Shown here: positions 39,301-51,118 of the stretch, piece by piece
Layout of the letters: every line of letters begins with the position of its first letter
Numbering within the stretch: position 1 is the first letter of the stretch
Assembly (NCBI GenBank): GCA_965645245.1
Contig: OZ287075.1
Span: 1,116,001 to 1,180,000, forward strand
Direction: 5' to 3'
Length of the DNA: 64,000 nt
From: Massalongia carnosa
Taxonomy: Eukaryota
Position numbers and translations under genes: made by a program
The notes under the pieces: model-generated
Databases searched by the model: none
What the model was told of the DNA's origin: nothing
The model's input: only the letters and a program-made list of their open reading frames with translations

Positions 39301-40861
39301 TAAATCCAAACCGAGATCGAACCTGAAAAAACCTCCCCAATCACCGGTCTTAGACCATCCACCATTACCACCTTGGCCAGATAAGCAATATCGGGAGGAA
39401 ATCGCAGGAAGAGCTTCACCCACGGCTTCTGCGATGAAAAAATCAATGCGAGGCTCACAGTTCGATCCTCCGCAAGAATCTCATATGCGTTCCTCAATGC
39501 GAAACGGGGCTGTATCGCTCTCGCAAAGGAATTTGGCACAGCCTATGGTACCCCCCCAGCCTAAAGGTGCGCTACAGAAGAAATCTCGTCCCATATCCGC
39601 CGCAGCCATAGTTGATTATAACAAACCAGCTACCAAACCCACTACGGATCATGGCCGAGCAAGCTCCGTTGGAGTGGGATCTACAGCGATACTACCGAAG
39701 AGTTCGAGATCAACTACTCCGAACCTTCGGCGCGTCAAGTCTAACGACAGCGACTCATCAAGCTCTTTCAAAAGACAGCGGCCTACGACAGCTGATAGCA
39801 ATCGGTATACGATGAAACGATCTATGCGGAATGGTACGACGGACGATCCGCCTCAATCTCTCCGCGGGAACCGTGAAAGTACTTATAGCGCTCGTTCGCC
39901 CTTACCAGATGGATCAACAAGGCGCCCTTTCAGTGCCGCCGGATCAAGCATGCGAACTTCAATGCGAGGGCAAGCCAGCGCTGCCAAGCAAGCTCGCTCA
40001 AAGTCTCCATCACGCTTCGCTTTCGGCAAGGCTACAAAGTCCAAGCCAACGTCAAGGTCGAAATCAGGCTTCTCGAGTCGCTTCGGTGATTCAAGCGATG
40101 AGGATCAAGGGCCTATAAACCATCGCAGTAGATTCGAAGACTCTAGCGATGAGGACGGCCCGTCGGGTCTGACGCCAGTCCGGGGTATTCCCCGCCGCAT
40201 TGATGAGGGGGATTCCACCGATCTGGACGATAGCTCTGCCGAAGCGACTCCTGTGATCCCCAGAGCGAAGCCTCGGTCCACCTCCAAAGCCCAAAACCTC
40301 CAAGGCTCAACGCTAGCAGCTGGCTCCGTTGTCAACGCTTCAACCTCTGCGCCCATTATCAGTGATGTCGAAGCTAAAGTCACCGCCGACAAGGAAAAGA
40401 AGAAGCGGTCTTTCTTCGGCGGTCTTGGCGGCAAGAAACGCGATGAACCCCGCGTCCGTAGCCCCACACGGCTGGACAGTCCTCTTGAGCGGCCTAAGGC
40501 CCCACGTATCCTCACCACCGATTCTCGAAACCTTCCCGCACCTGGAGCCGCTCCGTCGCCCAAAAGCCCAAAGCTACAACGAAGGAACACGCCCAAGCGT
40601 TTCTTGTCAGATTCGTGGCCGTTGCCGGAACCGATAAAGGCTGATGCCCGCCCGAATACCTCTGACGGGAACATAGTAGTCATTACCGGTGGAAATGGTA
40701 ACGGGAACGGCAATGGTGCAATGACAAGACCGGACCTGGGTACAAGAAGATCAACGGTTCAAGGGGAAGCAGCGGCTGAAACCAACGGAGCGGCGGTGGA
40801 GAAGGCCGGGAAGAAGAAGCGATTCCCGATGTTGAGAAAAGCATTTCGGTTAAATGATTAA
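36309..40861 (+). CDS. Large S/P/R-rich protein, putative Seg1-like eisosome scaffold. Exons 36309-36341, 36434-40861
   Basis: A 1426-aa ORF is extended in frame by an upstream exon (MFHRKRAYSNP). Polybasic amphipathic C-terminus KKKRFPMLRKAFRLND. The CDS itself is solid; the Seg1 identity is inferred. Confidence 0.75.
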
Positions 40862-41926
40862 GGCTGGGGTGAATTGGGGGGGGGGATGATAAAAGTGGTG
40901 TTTCCTTTTTTTAAAAAAAAAAGGTTGCGGGCTGGAATAAGTTGCATACATTCAAGCTATATAGCCAGAGCTTGCTACGGAAGAGTATGTTCCTAGGGTT
41001 TCATTGCCACTGCACTTGCTCCGAGCGATTGAGGTATATGGATGCTAAAGATATACATACCTGGCTCCTTTTATTTTATGTCTTTTTGGTACCTTTAACC
41101 GATGATTTGCGAGCAGAGCGACCATACAGATCTACCTGCACCTTTCTAACGTTTCAGGAATGTTTTTACAATACCGACTTACTCCGCCTATGTTCTCTAA
41201 TCTAACTGTCTGTCTGTCATCTACATAATGGGGATCTGATTTTTTCGATGTTTTGATAGCTGTATCTTAAATTGCATCCAAGAGATTGGGAGAACTTAAG
41301 TCCTAAGATCATCTGCCGGGTAACTTGACATTGAAAACCTCATGCTTTTATGTCCTTGGCCACGCTTTTCCTTCCCGTCCTTCACATTGAACTGGATTTT
41401 CTTAACATCAAAATTTCGAGAAGTAAACAGAAACTATTCCATTTGGCCGCAAAAGAAAGAAAAAAACAAGAAGAAAAACGCTGTTGACTCCCTTCCCTAC
41501 CCCACATATAAGCACTGCGTGTTCTGAAAACTGCCTCGATCCGCCCGATCTGCGGTTTCCGGGCGTTTGGATGAAGTGCTCATTGGACCTTGACTGCAAC
41601 TAGTATCGGCGAAAGACCCCTCAGCCTATCAAAGAAGTAGCCTGACAGCAGCCATGGCAACGACGCCCTATCACCGTTGCCCACATTTAGCACCAGGCGC
41701 TCCATACTGTTAGCCCGCTGATGCACTAAGAAATTGGAGCAAGAAATATGTATTGAACGTGTAGAAGTGGAGGATGGATCATGCCATATCCCACAACATG
41801 GATCCAATACATGCCCGACACTAGCAGTAGTTGTAGATTTCTTTCCTCCTTCGTCTTTCTAAAGCAAAGCTAGTCCATACTCCATAAATTTCATTTCAGC
41901 TACACACGCCGTGGGGCATAGCCAAA

Positions 41927-42767
41927 ATGTCGAACTTGAAGACAAAGTAAATTCCTTACAGTTCGTCTACTGTCTTTGATGAACGAAGAGAGCTAACGCC
42001 ATACAGCCCGCTTCACCGCTCCATGGTAACCGTCTTTGTTGGTCCTGATAAATACCCTTTCTATTTCCACAAAGGCTTGCTTTGCCACATTCAGCCTTTT
42101 CGAAAGGGCCTTCGATGGCTTCTTCGAGGAAGCAACTACGGGAAACATGCATTTGAAGGAAGACGGCGTGGATGAACTCATCGTAGTTGAAGAGTGGCTT
42201 TATTCACAGAAACCGACCTACCCAAAAGAATCATTGGAACCAAGCCTTCTCTTGATTAAGCTGTTTTGCTTCGCAGAGAAAACTGGGATCTCGAAGCTCC
42301 AGAATGCGGCTCTTGACGCTCTCCGTGACGGAGCTACCAAGCAGCATGTGTCTGAACCAACTGCAGAGAAGATAGAAGATATCCATACTGGTTACCGCTA
42401 CGCTACCCTTAATGCCACATACTTTCGGATACAAACGTCTTCAGCCTTTTTCCCCACGCCGGAGGAAGATATTGATATAGCCGTGGAAACACCGGCAACG
42501 TACCTCCCTCCAGCTGCTTCTGACGCTATCAGCTATGCATATCGAAATACAGCAGCGGAATACCCTTTCAGGAAGCTTTTGGCGGATATATTTGCCTACA
42601 ATGTGAAGCCTGATGCGGTGCATGAAGATATCCTGTCCTTTCCTGCAGAATTCTTAGCCGATGTTTTGCTTATAAACATGAAGCGCCTGCCGCTTAGACT
42701 TGCAAATGAGAGGGCTGCCTTCGACGCCGATGCTACAGAGTATTACATTGCTGAGCCTGATACTTGA
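41927..42767 (+). pseudogene. BTB/POZ-domain protein with an apparent frameshift near 42085-42101
   Basis: After intron 41947-42006 the frame reads MVTVFVGPDKYPFYFHKGLLCH. It continues in a different frame as FERAFDGFFEEA..EEWLYSQ..LFCFAEK..LQNAALD. Confidence 0.7.
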
Positions 42768-43115
42768 CAACTCAAAATAAGGAGTCGCCACTTCGTAAAC
42801 AGGGCAAGGGCGTTAAGACGAAGAAGAAGAAAAGCAAGAGGGAAGTAGTAGTTGAAGGCAGTCCATCTTATAGTGACCCTAAGGTGGCTCTTACGGCCCT
42901 AGAAGTCATCCCTTATGGCTAGTGAGCACACTGAGCCTTCATAGTAGAATCTTAATGTGTATGGATTCCGGGCTTCAGTTAAACCTATTACTCCAAATCA
43001 GTCGTTGCAGATTGAGATCATACAGAACAAATATCGACTACCTATCCTATCATCCAATCAGCCCCTACATCCAAAACTTTAGGATTTCCTACCTCCAATG
43101 TCTTCCTCTTCATCG

Positions 43116-44233
43116 GCCGGCCATGACGTACGGCTCCACCATTTGGCACATGCCAAAAGAAATTCAAAAATCAAACGTCATATCGAACAAACTGGCTGTC
43201 ATACAAAACAAATGTCTAAGAAACATAGCCGGAGCCTTCAAAGCAACGCCCATAGCTGTCCTAGAAGCAGAGACATTTATAGCCTCAATTGACATACATT
43301 TAGATCAACTACAGGCCTAGACCAGACAACGCCTGTGTCGAAATGGTCAAAAGAGTTTCATCACAAATGCATGCAACAAAATAGCCAATAAACTTCGAGG
43401 TCGGGCAGGACGCAAGAGGGCCCCAGTCATCACTCCAGGAACTCTGAAATACGCCTGGGCCAAGAGAATCACATCGGAGGCATATAACCCTCCAACACCG
43501 ACATCAAATCCACTATGGGCCGAATCCCCCCCGAATCTCGCCCGAGACATAGGGGAGGCACGCGCTGCTCACAACAAAATAACTGCTCAAATAAAAAAAC
43601 GACACACAGTTGCATGGCAGGCCTCGTGGAGATCATATCAGGAACGCACACCCGTTCCCACCCCGGCACAATCAGGTTCACTATCCAAAAAACGCATCAA
43701 ATTGCAAGAAACTCTAGCCAAAGCGGAGAGCGCGCTAGCCATTCAGATACGCTCAGAAAAGATAGGCCTAGCCGCCTTCCTACATAGACGCCGAGTCCCA
43801 GACGTCTCGTCCCCGAACTGCTCATGTGGCTGGCACAAACAGACTGCAAAACATGTGATCATGTTTTGCAAACTCAACGACAACAGACAAACTCTGCTAA
43901 ATACGATAGGCACAAACAAATATCGATTAATCACTGAGTCATCTAAAGCAATGAAATTAGTCACAAAATGGCTAATGAAGACAGGTTTGTTGTCACAATT
44001 TTCGCTGACAGCACAGCATCTGTACTGCTAACAGTAGGCATGCTTTGTTTCATTTTTCATACTTGTCTTGGGTCAAAGGTTTTTTCATGGAGCACACGGC
44101 TGGGACCCGGAGGGTCCTCGGCCGGACACAGGATTGCATGGTTTTTCTTCCTCAAAAGGTTTTCCATGTACTATACAACTAGATAGACTCGCCCGCATGG
44201 GCTGGCCTTCGGCCGGTACCACATCGGAATAAG

Positions 44234-44268
<35 letters not shown>
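43116..44268 (+). mobile_element. 5'-truncated Tad1-clade LINE (RT C-terminus plus CCHC zinc knuckle, (ATC)n tail, 15-bp TSD)
   Basis: PAMTYGSTIW..QNKCLRNIAGAFKATPIAVLEAET and CSCGWHKQTAKHVIMFC, with one in-frame TAG at 43318. TSD TCTTCCTCTTCATCG at 43101-43115 and 44269-44283. Confidence 0.92.

Positions 44269-44270
<2 letters not shown>
44235..44270 (+). repeat. (ATC)12 microsatellite, the LINE 3' tail
   Basis: Directly visible, following GAATAAGA. Confidence 0.95.
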
Positions 44271-45001
44271 TTCCTCTTCATCGTCTTTCTTACTAACCTT
44301 TGTTGTCTCCAGTTTTAACTCTTCCTGGGTAACTCTCTTAACATGATTGTTTCAGCTAGAACTCCCTCCTAAATATATACCGGGTAGGTACGTAAACCCA
44401 CCCGGGTCCCTTTTCTTCGTCCCAAAGCGCAGATTCCCGCCCATGGGTTTCCGATTCCGCTTTTTATGCTGAACACATCTCTCTCTCTCTTCACAACAAC
44501 ATGAGGATCGCGCTTCCCCGAGTGGGAGAGAAAGACACACACACACACAAGTAGCCGAAAACTAGTCACTTGGTTTCCTGAAAGGCTTCTAAAAGGAAGA
44601 AGAATAAGAAAATAGGGGAGGTGGAGTGATTTATTTATAGTAATGAGTGAGCGAAGTAAGGATGATTAACCAAGAAGGAGAAAAAGGCGGAAAAGCTGGA
44701 GAAGGGCGAGGGTGGCTGGTGGTTGGTGGAGGAGGAGGCTTGAGAGCAAGAGCAAGAGGGATAGGACGGGAAGGGAGGAGGAGATAGGAGGAAAGGAAGG
44801 AGAGGGTTTCCGAGAGTAGTCCTTCCTAGCAAATATCATTAAACAAGGCAAGTAAAACAGTGGACAGAAAGCGAGTATATTTATGTAGACAGACAAGATA
44901 GACAGATAATCAGTCAGTCATGCAGCCATAAAACGAAACGGAGCGAAACAACCAACAACACGATAAACCTAATAACCAATCAACCAACCAAGTAAAATAG
45001 A

Positions 45002-46054
45002 ATGAATGAACCATTCCCTTCCCCATCCCCATCCCCACCCCCAACTTCAACTCCTAAACGTGGACGAGGTAGACCCAGAAAACATATTCATGTGAAGCAC
45101 ATATGGTCTCTGCTCTCCGACAAAACTTTAGTTGAACCAGACCATGTCCATACATCTGAAGACAGACATGCAGAGGACCCACTTGTTCTATTAGCCAGAA
45201 CCCCTATGAAAGTAGGCAGTCTATTCAGAAATGAATCTCAGGCCTCAGAATCAGACATTAAGCAATATCAAGCAATAGTAGGGTCCATCATGTTTGCCAT
45301 CATAGAGACACGGCCAGATATAGCCTTTGCAACCTCAGTGGTTAGCCGACATGCCAAAAACCCAGGCAAAACACATATGAAAGTAGCCAAACACATACTC
45401 CGATACCTTAGTGCCACCAAAGATAGAGGTATCAGCTTTGGTGGAGGAGATATGTCTGTACAGGGCTATTCCGACTCTGACTGGGCCGGAAACAAGGAAG
45501 ACCGCAAGTCCACCTCCGGATATGTCTTTATGTTAAACAACGGACCAATCAGTTGGTGTTCCAGAAGACAACAAACCGTCGCACTCTCATCCACAGAAGC
45601 AGAATATATGGCACTCACCTTGGCTGCTAAGGAGACCATATGGATACGCTTATTGATGACTGAGCTCGGCCTGATACAGGATGATGCTTCTCCGACAGTG
45701 AATGTACTTGAAAGGGAAGGCGCTATAGCACTGGCCAACAATCCCGTCTTACATTCAAGGACTAAGCACATCGATATTCAGCACTACTTCATTCGAAATG
45801 AAGTCACAGAGGGCCGGAATCCAAAGATCCCTCCCCCGAAGCGCGCCCCCTCTTCCCCCTCCCCCCCAAAAAAAACAACCAAAGAAAGAAGGGAAAACAA
45901 GAACGGAAAAACCACGGAACGGAGTCGGCGTTATTTTAGGCAATTCAGCCTTTTGGGGGAGGGGGAGGGGGGTCCCGTATATTTAGGTTATAATAGGTAT
46001 TGTTTTAGGGAATTGTTTGGGGGGTGGTTGGACATCTCAAGGGGGTTCTTTTAG
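45002..46054 (+). mobile_element. Internally deleted Ty1/Copia pol fragment (AT-hook linker, RT C-terminus, RNase H) in a 350-aa ORF; no LTRs seen
   Basis: YQAIVGSIMFAIIETRPDIAFA, YSDSDWAG..DRKSTSGYVF, VALSSTEAEYMA, HSRTKHIDIQHYFIR. Homology spans ~45050-45815. Confidence 0.88.
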
Positions 46055-46605
46055 GGGTAAAGTAAAAAGAGAAAAAACAGGCCTGATGCAGAAGCTGGGG
46101 GGGGGGGGCGGGTTTAGATTCGCAAATGGTCGTGACGGGAGGGGGGGAAGAAAATCCAGACAGGCAGACTGGTTTTATGCTTGGCAAGGGAATACCTAGA
46201 TATAGGTAGGTGGGTAAGTGGGTAGGTTGGGGGAAGAGGTCCGGGGAAGTTCCTTTTATATATAGGTAGTCGAGTCGAGTCAGGAGGAGTAGGAGGAGTA
46301 AATTAGGTAGGTGGGTTGGGGGAGAGTTGGAGGGTTGTTTATAGTAAGTAAAACGGACATGTGGTGGTGGGGGGGGGGTATATATAGACGGGACGGGAGG
46401 AGAAAAAATAGATAGCTACATGGGCGGAAAGTTGGTTTATAGCGAAATAGCAGAAGAATATTTACACACATATAATAGAGAGACTTCCTTCCCCTCGCTT
46501 CCAAAACACCCGAGTCCTGTTGGCGAGAAACATGTAACGTTATCTATCCCACCCCCTTCCCGATTGTTCATGCTTGGGTTCATTTCCTTCTCCTCCATCT
46601 ATTTT

Positions 46606-47442
46606 TCACGATATGAATCCCCACGCTATCATCGCAGCCAGCGATATTGATAGCAACCACGAGAACGATTGGCGGATCGAGAAGTCGGCGCTAGATCTCA
46701 GGCTGTCGGTGCTGAAGACGAGCTCAAATCCGATGTTGGTGGTGTTGGCGCAGTTGGACTCGTTAACTTCGGCGACGTCTTTGGGGTCGGCGAAGGTGAT
46801 GTCGACACACTTGCAGCCGCCTTAGTTTCCTCGACTTCCATGGACGGAGGAGACTCGATTTGGAACTTACGTTGTACAACGCGGCGCCATGCTGCGCCGT
46901 CTCGATCACTTGGATGGTGGCGTTTTGCCCGATCACGGCGGTGAAGTTGACCGGCAACGGAACCTGCGGCAGGCAGAAACTTCCGTTATACAAGAAATTG
47001 TTCGGCCCGGTGATTTCGAACACGGGTTGCATGGGCAGGGAGTAGTTAATAGGGACAGTGCCTTCGCCAAGGTTGATGTAGAAGAATGCGTTGAGGTGGC
47101 CGTTGAACCAGCCTGGCTGGATACCGATGGCGCCGCCGGTGACAGGCCAGAGGGTGCGATTTTTCGATATCGGCATACCTCCACCTGCGAAGGATTAGAA
47201 ACGAGGGGTTGTTAGCACACACGCAGTTTGTGCCCACATGGATATATCCACTGCATGCCATATGGATATGTATCGTTGGCGCCAACACCTAGTCCATGCT
47301 GCTCTTCAATGCTGCCGCTCTTTAATAGATTATCACCTCGCCAGCCCGGATAGGTGATGACGGTGTGGGCGGACACCAGAGATAGGAGGGTGGCAAGACA
47401 TGTCCAGGTCAGCAGCGACCGCGACGACGAGAGCATCCTCAT
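46606..47442 (-). CDS. GPI-anchored secreted BIM1-like (LPMO-like His-brace) copper-binding protein. Exons 47442-47238, 47184-46871, 46809-46606
   Basis: Signal peptide ending VSA|H, then HTVITYPGWRG, YPCGG, NRTLWPVTGG, GH, FCLPQVPLP, NATIQVIE..HGAALYNCVDITF and a hydrophobic C-terminal GPI signal. Confidence 0.8.
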
Positions 47443-47830
47443 GGCAATATTGGCTGACGATGGATCGCAGTAATGGTTTTTACGAGTGATGGGGTACCTC
47501 TGGATGTAAATACTGTCGAACTCCGAAATCCGAGATTCGACGCTCGAATTCGCACGATGGGGCGGCGGCGACAGGGAGACGGAGACAAGTATAGACAACG
47601 ACGAAGAGGTTTCAAGGCCATGCCCTTTTGTCGAGGCGAGCCTGCCGTCCAGATGGGCACACCCGACATGGGCTATGCAACGTTTTCTGCGTCCAATGAG
47701 AGAAGATGACCGCTTGGGCTGCAGATGCACGCTGCTGCACGAAAGGACACGAAAGGAGGTGGGGCGCCAATTGTGATGAAGACACGCACGATTTGATTTA
47801 ATTAATTACAGAGTACGGAGTCATAATGGG

Positions 47831-47900
47831 GGGAACAACAGAAAAACAATAGGAACAATAGGGAACAATAGGGAACAATAGGGAACAACAGGGAACAATT
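47831..47900 (+). repeat. 10-bp minisatellite (GGGAACAATA)~7
   Basis: Directly visible tandem units with minor variants. Confidence 0.9.
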
Positions 47901-49120
47901 GGAGAGATGTGTCGCCTGTCAAGTCGTCGCAGTCCGTAGTGGCATCCCGTCTGCTTTTTTTCTTTCTTGGGCGGTTCGTTGTAGTTACAGCTACGCTAAC
48001 ACGCTAACAGCTCTGTACAGGGATAGAGCAGCCAATGGGAAGAAAGAACGCCTCGATAGCTTACTTAGTCGTTCCTCGGCGGTTGGTCTAACTCGTTATT
48101 GGGAATCGCGCCGAGACAGGGGCCATTGGAGAGAACACTCGAGCTCAAGAAGGCTAGCGTATCCCGTTCCCATTCGCTGCGGGCGCCTACCGTACAATTT
48201 GGCCTTCAGGAATCAGGATTCAGGGGGGAACTCTGTACTCTGTACTCTGTAAGATGGTTGTGTACGGAGTACGGAATTTCACTTTACACACAATGACCGA
48301 GTCCAATATCAGAGTACGGAGTAGGTATTCTGTACGGAGTAGGTACCCTGTACTCGTCTGTCAAGCTCAGCGTTCGACGGATCAGCCGACTTTAATCGAC
48401 CCCTTCAGCAGAATCCACGTACGATCGTGTAGAGTACCTTGCATGGTCCCGGCATATCAGCTCGGTTTCACTTTGTGTCTGTTCGTCTGCGTTGCATAAC
48501 TCAGTTACTCGTACTCCGTACCATGCTTTGGTTTCTTCGTCACGAAATTGTGGCTTAACCTGCCTGCACCTCGTTGGTAAAGAAGGAAAGTAAGTGCTCC
48601 GTGTAGCGTAGAATACAGAGTAGAGTCTCTACAATATCTTCAAGCCCATTGCCTGGTACCTGACCAAGTACTCCGTACGCTGTAGGGAGTATCTCTGTAT
48701 CGAGTAGTTACCGAGGTACTCGTACAGAATAAGGAACTTTGTGACATGAGTAGATCAAGGCAGGGATACCATATACCGCTAGGCTTTATTAGGGTTTTGT
48801 GGTTCAACGTTAGACTGCCTTCAAGCACGGCGTAGATCCCGTACTCATTCTGGACAAATATGCAATCCTTCCCCTCATGTGAAAGAGAGCACATCATGAA
48901 CCTTTACCGCAACTACTTAAACAAGCGCAGGAAGAGATGACGATCGTTTCAGTGTCAACATGCAAACTGTAAAACCCTCCGACAATGATGTCAAGCTTTC
49001 TTAGCTGTCGGAGCGTAAATGCTCAACCAACACCTTCACAAACAACTATCCTAAATGAAAGTTTCAATCTCTACATGGACCGGAACGAGAATAATTAATA
49101 ACGAATAGTCATCATTCCTC

Positions 49121-49991
49121 ATGGCCCATGAAAGGCAACAGTTAAGAAAGCCTTCCTCCAAACGACTTCAAGTAACCGACTCATCCGGCTGGACACATGT
49201 CATCAAAGGGAACAGAAACAGAATGTTATCAAGAACGTCCGACGGTTTAAGCCCACCGGATGTCGATCCAAACATGACGATGGAAAAGATGCTGGATTGT
49301 TTGGCCATGCGTACTCGATTATGGCGGGATTCAAAATGCTTTTCCGCCACTCAGACCTTTATGGAACGGAACATCCTCGCGCTGGAGAAGCTGAACATCC
49401 GGCAATGCATATGTTTCGGTCTGGGGGGCTTGGCCGTCGATCATTCGAGAAAGGATTCCTGGTACCAGCTGGCAGCCCTGATCTCCATGTTGGAGATTCT
49501 AAGTACGTTCGGCACTCGAACCCTGACGCAATCCTAACCCGAGTGGAAGGAAAGAAACATGTCATTGAGAATGTGTATTTTCAGGATCCATGCTTTAGCC
49601 ACAAGGACAACGCCTTTCTCGACAAACTCGGCTACCAAATCCTTCAAACCCCCGCTGGGCTGGAGAAGATGACCGGCGATACCTTCTTCTTCTGCCCATG
49701 CCTCGAATATTATGCCATCGCCGAAGCCTTACAGGTGGCTCAGCCATCGTTCTACGTGGGCAACTTTCTAAGCGATTGGGCCGACCGAGCGTAAGAAACC
49801 GCTCATGTACTTACTTATGCGAGCTGATCAAGCGATCCCATGGATTGCCTCTTAGCCCCGAGCACCTTGTTTCCCGTGACCTTATAGAAACAGTGAAATC
49901 GTTCAACAGCTGCCATTCTGCCGAAACCATGCCGAGTCTCGAAGTGAGCGATTGCACTTGGATGTTTACAATCTATTATCCGTCACCATGA
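49121..49991 (+). CDS. SRR1-like (Ber1) domain protein. Exons 49121-49502, 49550-49790, 49856-49991
   Basis: GWTHV, CICFGLGGL..SWYQLAAL, VYFQDPCF..D..FL..LGY, TFFFCPCL. Introns are in phase. Confidence 0.8.
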
Positions 49992-51118
49992 TCTGATCAG
50001 ATGATGAGAAGTCCTGACGTGCTAGACTTGCTGATGATGTTCAAGACACTTTGGCGCCTGGGGTTTTCCAGCGATCAAGACCACTTACACATTCGACGAG
50101 GAACAGCAGTGCTCTAGTAGACCGCTTAAAGGGTACATCCAATGGACTGTCAAAATCTCATGAACGGTTCAAGCATTGGTTGAGATTGTGTCGATATGAC
50201 ATCAAGTTTATCTACGCACAGCCTCAAACCCCTCAAAGTGTTCCCCGACAGGAGCACAGGAAAGCTACAAAGAACCAAGCAATCCAGAGTTGAAAATCAC
50301 AGATCTGGATATACATCATCACCATTCTATCCTTCCCCCCAAACTCTCCACTCTCACTTCCCTGTAACTTCATCGAAAAGGATGTGGAGGATTCACCATG
50401 ACGGATGAACGAAGCAGGGAAGAAAAGAAAGGAAAGAGAGAATTAAGAGAAAAAAAAGGCCTCACCAAGCAACTAACTATAACCTTATCACACTGGATGA
50501 GTTCGGATCGCCAGGGAAAGTAGTATCATGGTTCGGTTCCAGGAACATGAAATGAAATGGGGAAAACAGCATTGAATCTCCCCAACCTCCATGTAACCTG
50601 TTTACTTCCCTATCCACCAATTGCTCCCGTTTCTCCCCCCTCCCCCTCCCAAGCTCTAAACTACCCATGTGCCTGCCTATACATAATAATACCCGTAGAC
50701 GTAACATAACGTAAATGTACCACCCCTCACGTTCATTCCCCCCGGTCCTCCTTTCCTTCCCAAACGCTCAATCCCCAACATGCCACTCCTCACCGCCCAA
50801 CGCCGCGCTCCGGTTCCCCCTCCCTACCCTCAATCCATTAAACCCCCTTCCCCCAATGTTTTTATGGCAACCAACAAGTAAAGAAAACGATAGAGTGCCA
50901 TTCCTTTTCCCCGTTCCCCAAGCCTCTTCTCCTAATCCGTATCATATCTTTAAAAGTATATATCAAAGACCCTTTGTCCTGTGCCGATGACAGGGATAGG
51001 AAAGAGTAAAAAGATGAAGAAACCCTAATGCTGACATCCCAAACATGACCATGCACACATTAAACAACCCTTTCGCAGCTCTCCCATACCCCGGCTCAAC
51101 TCTACCCCTTTGTGGGAA

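Noticed and set aside
42864..44272. Longer LINE bounded by a 6-bp CATCTT TSD
   Set aside because: A perfect 15-bp TSD at 43101/44269 coincides with the start of RT homology; the 6-mer is a chance match.
44350..46500. LTRs or TIRs around the Copia fragment
   Set aside because: Only short partial matches in low-complexity DNA; no convincing direct or inverted repeat.
47831..48730. CRISPR-like repeat array
   Set aside because: Eukaryotic context, repeats of only ~10 bp, irregular spacing, both orientations, and no cas genes.
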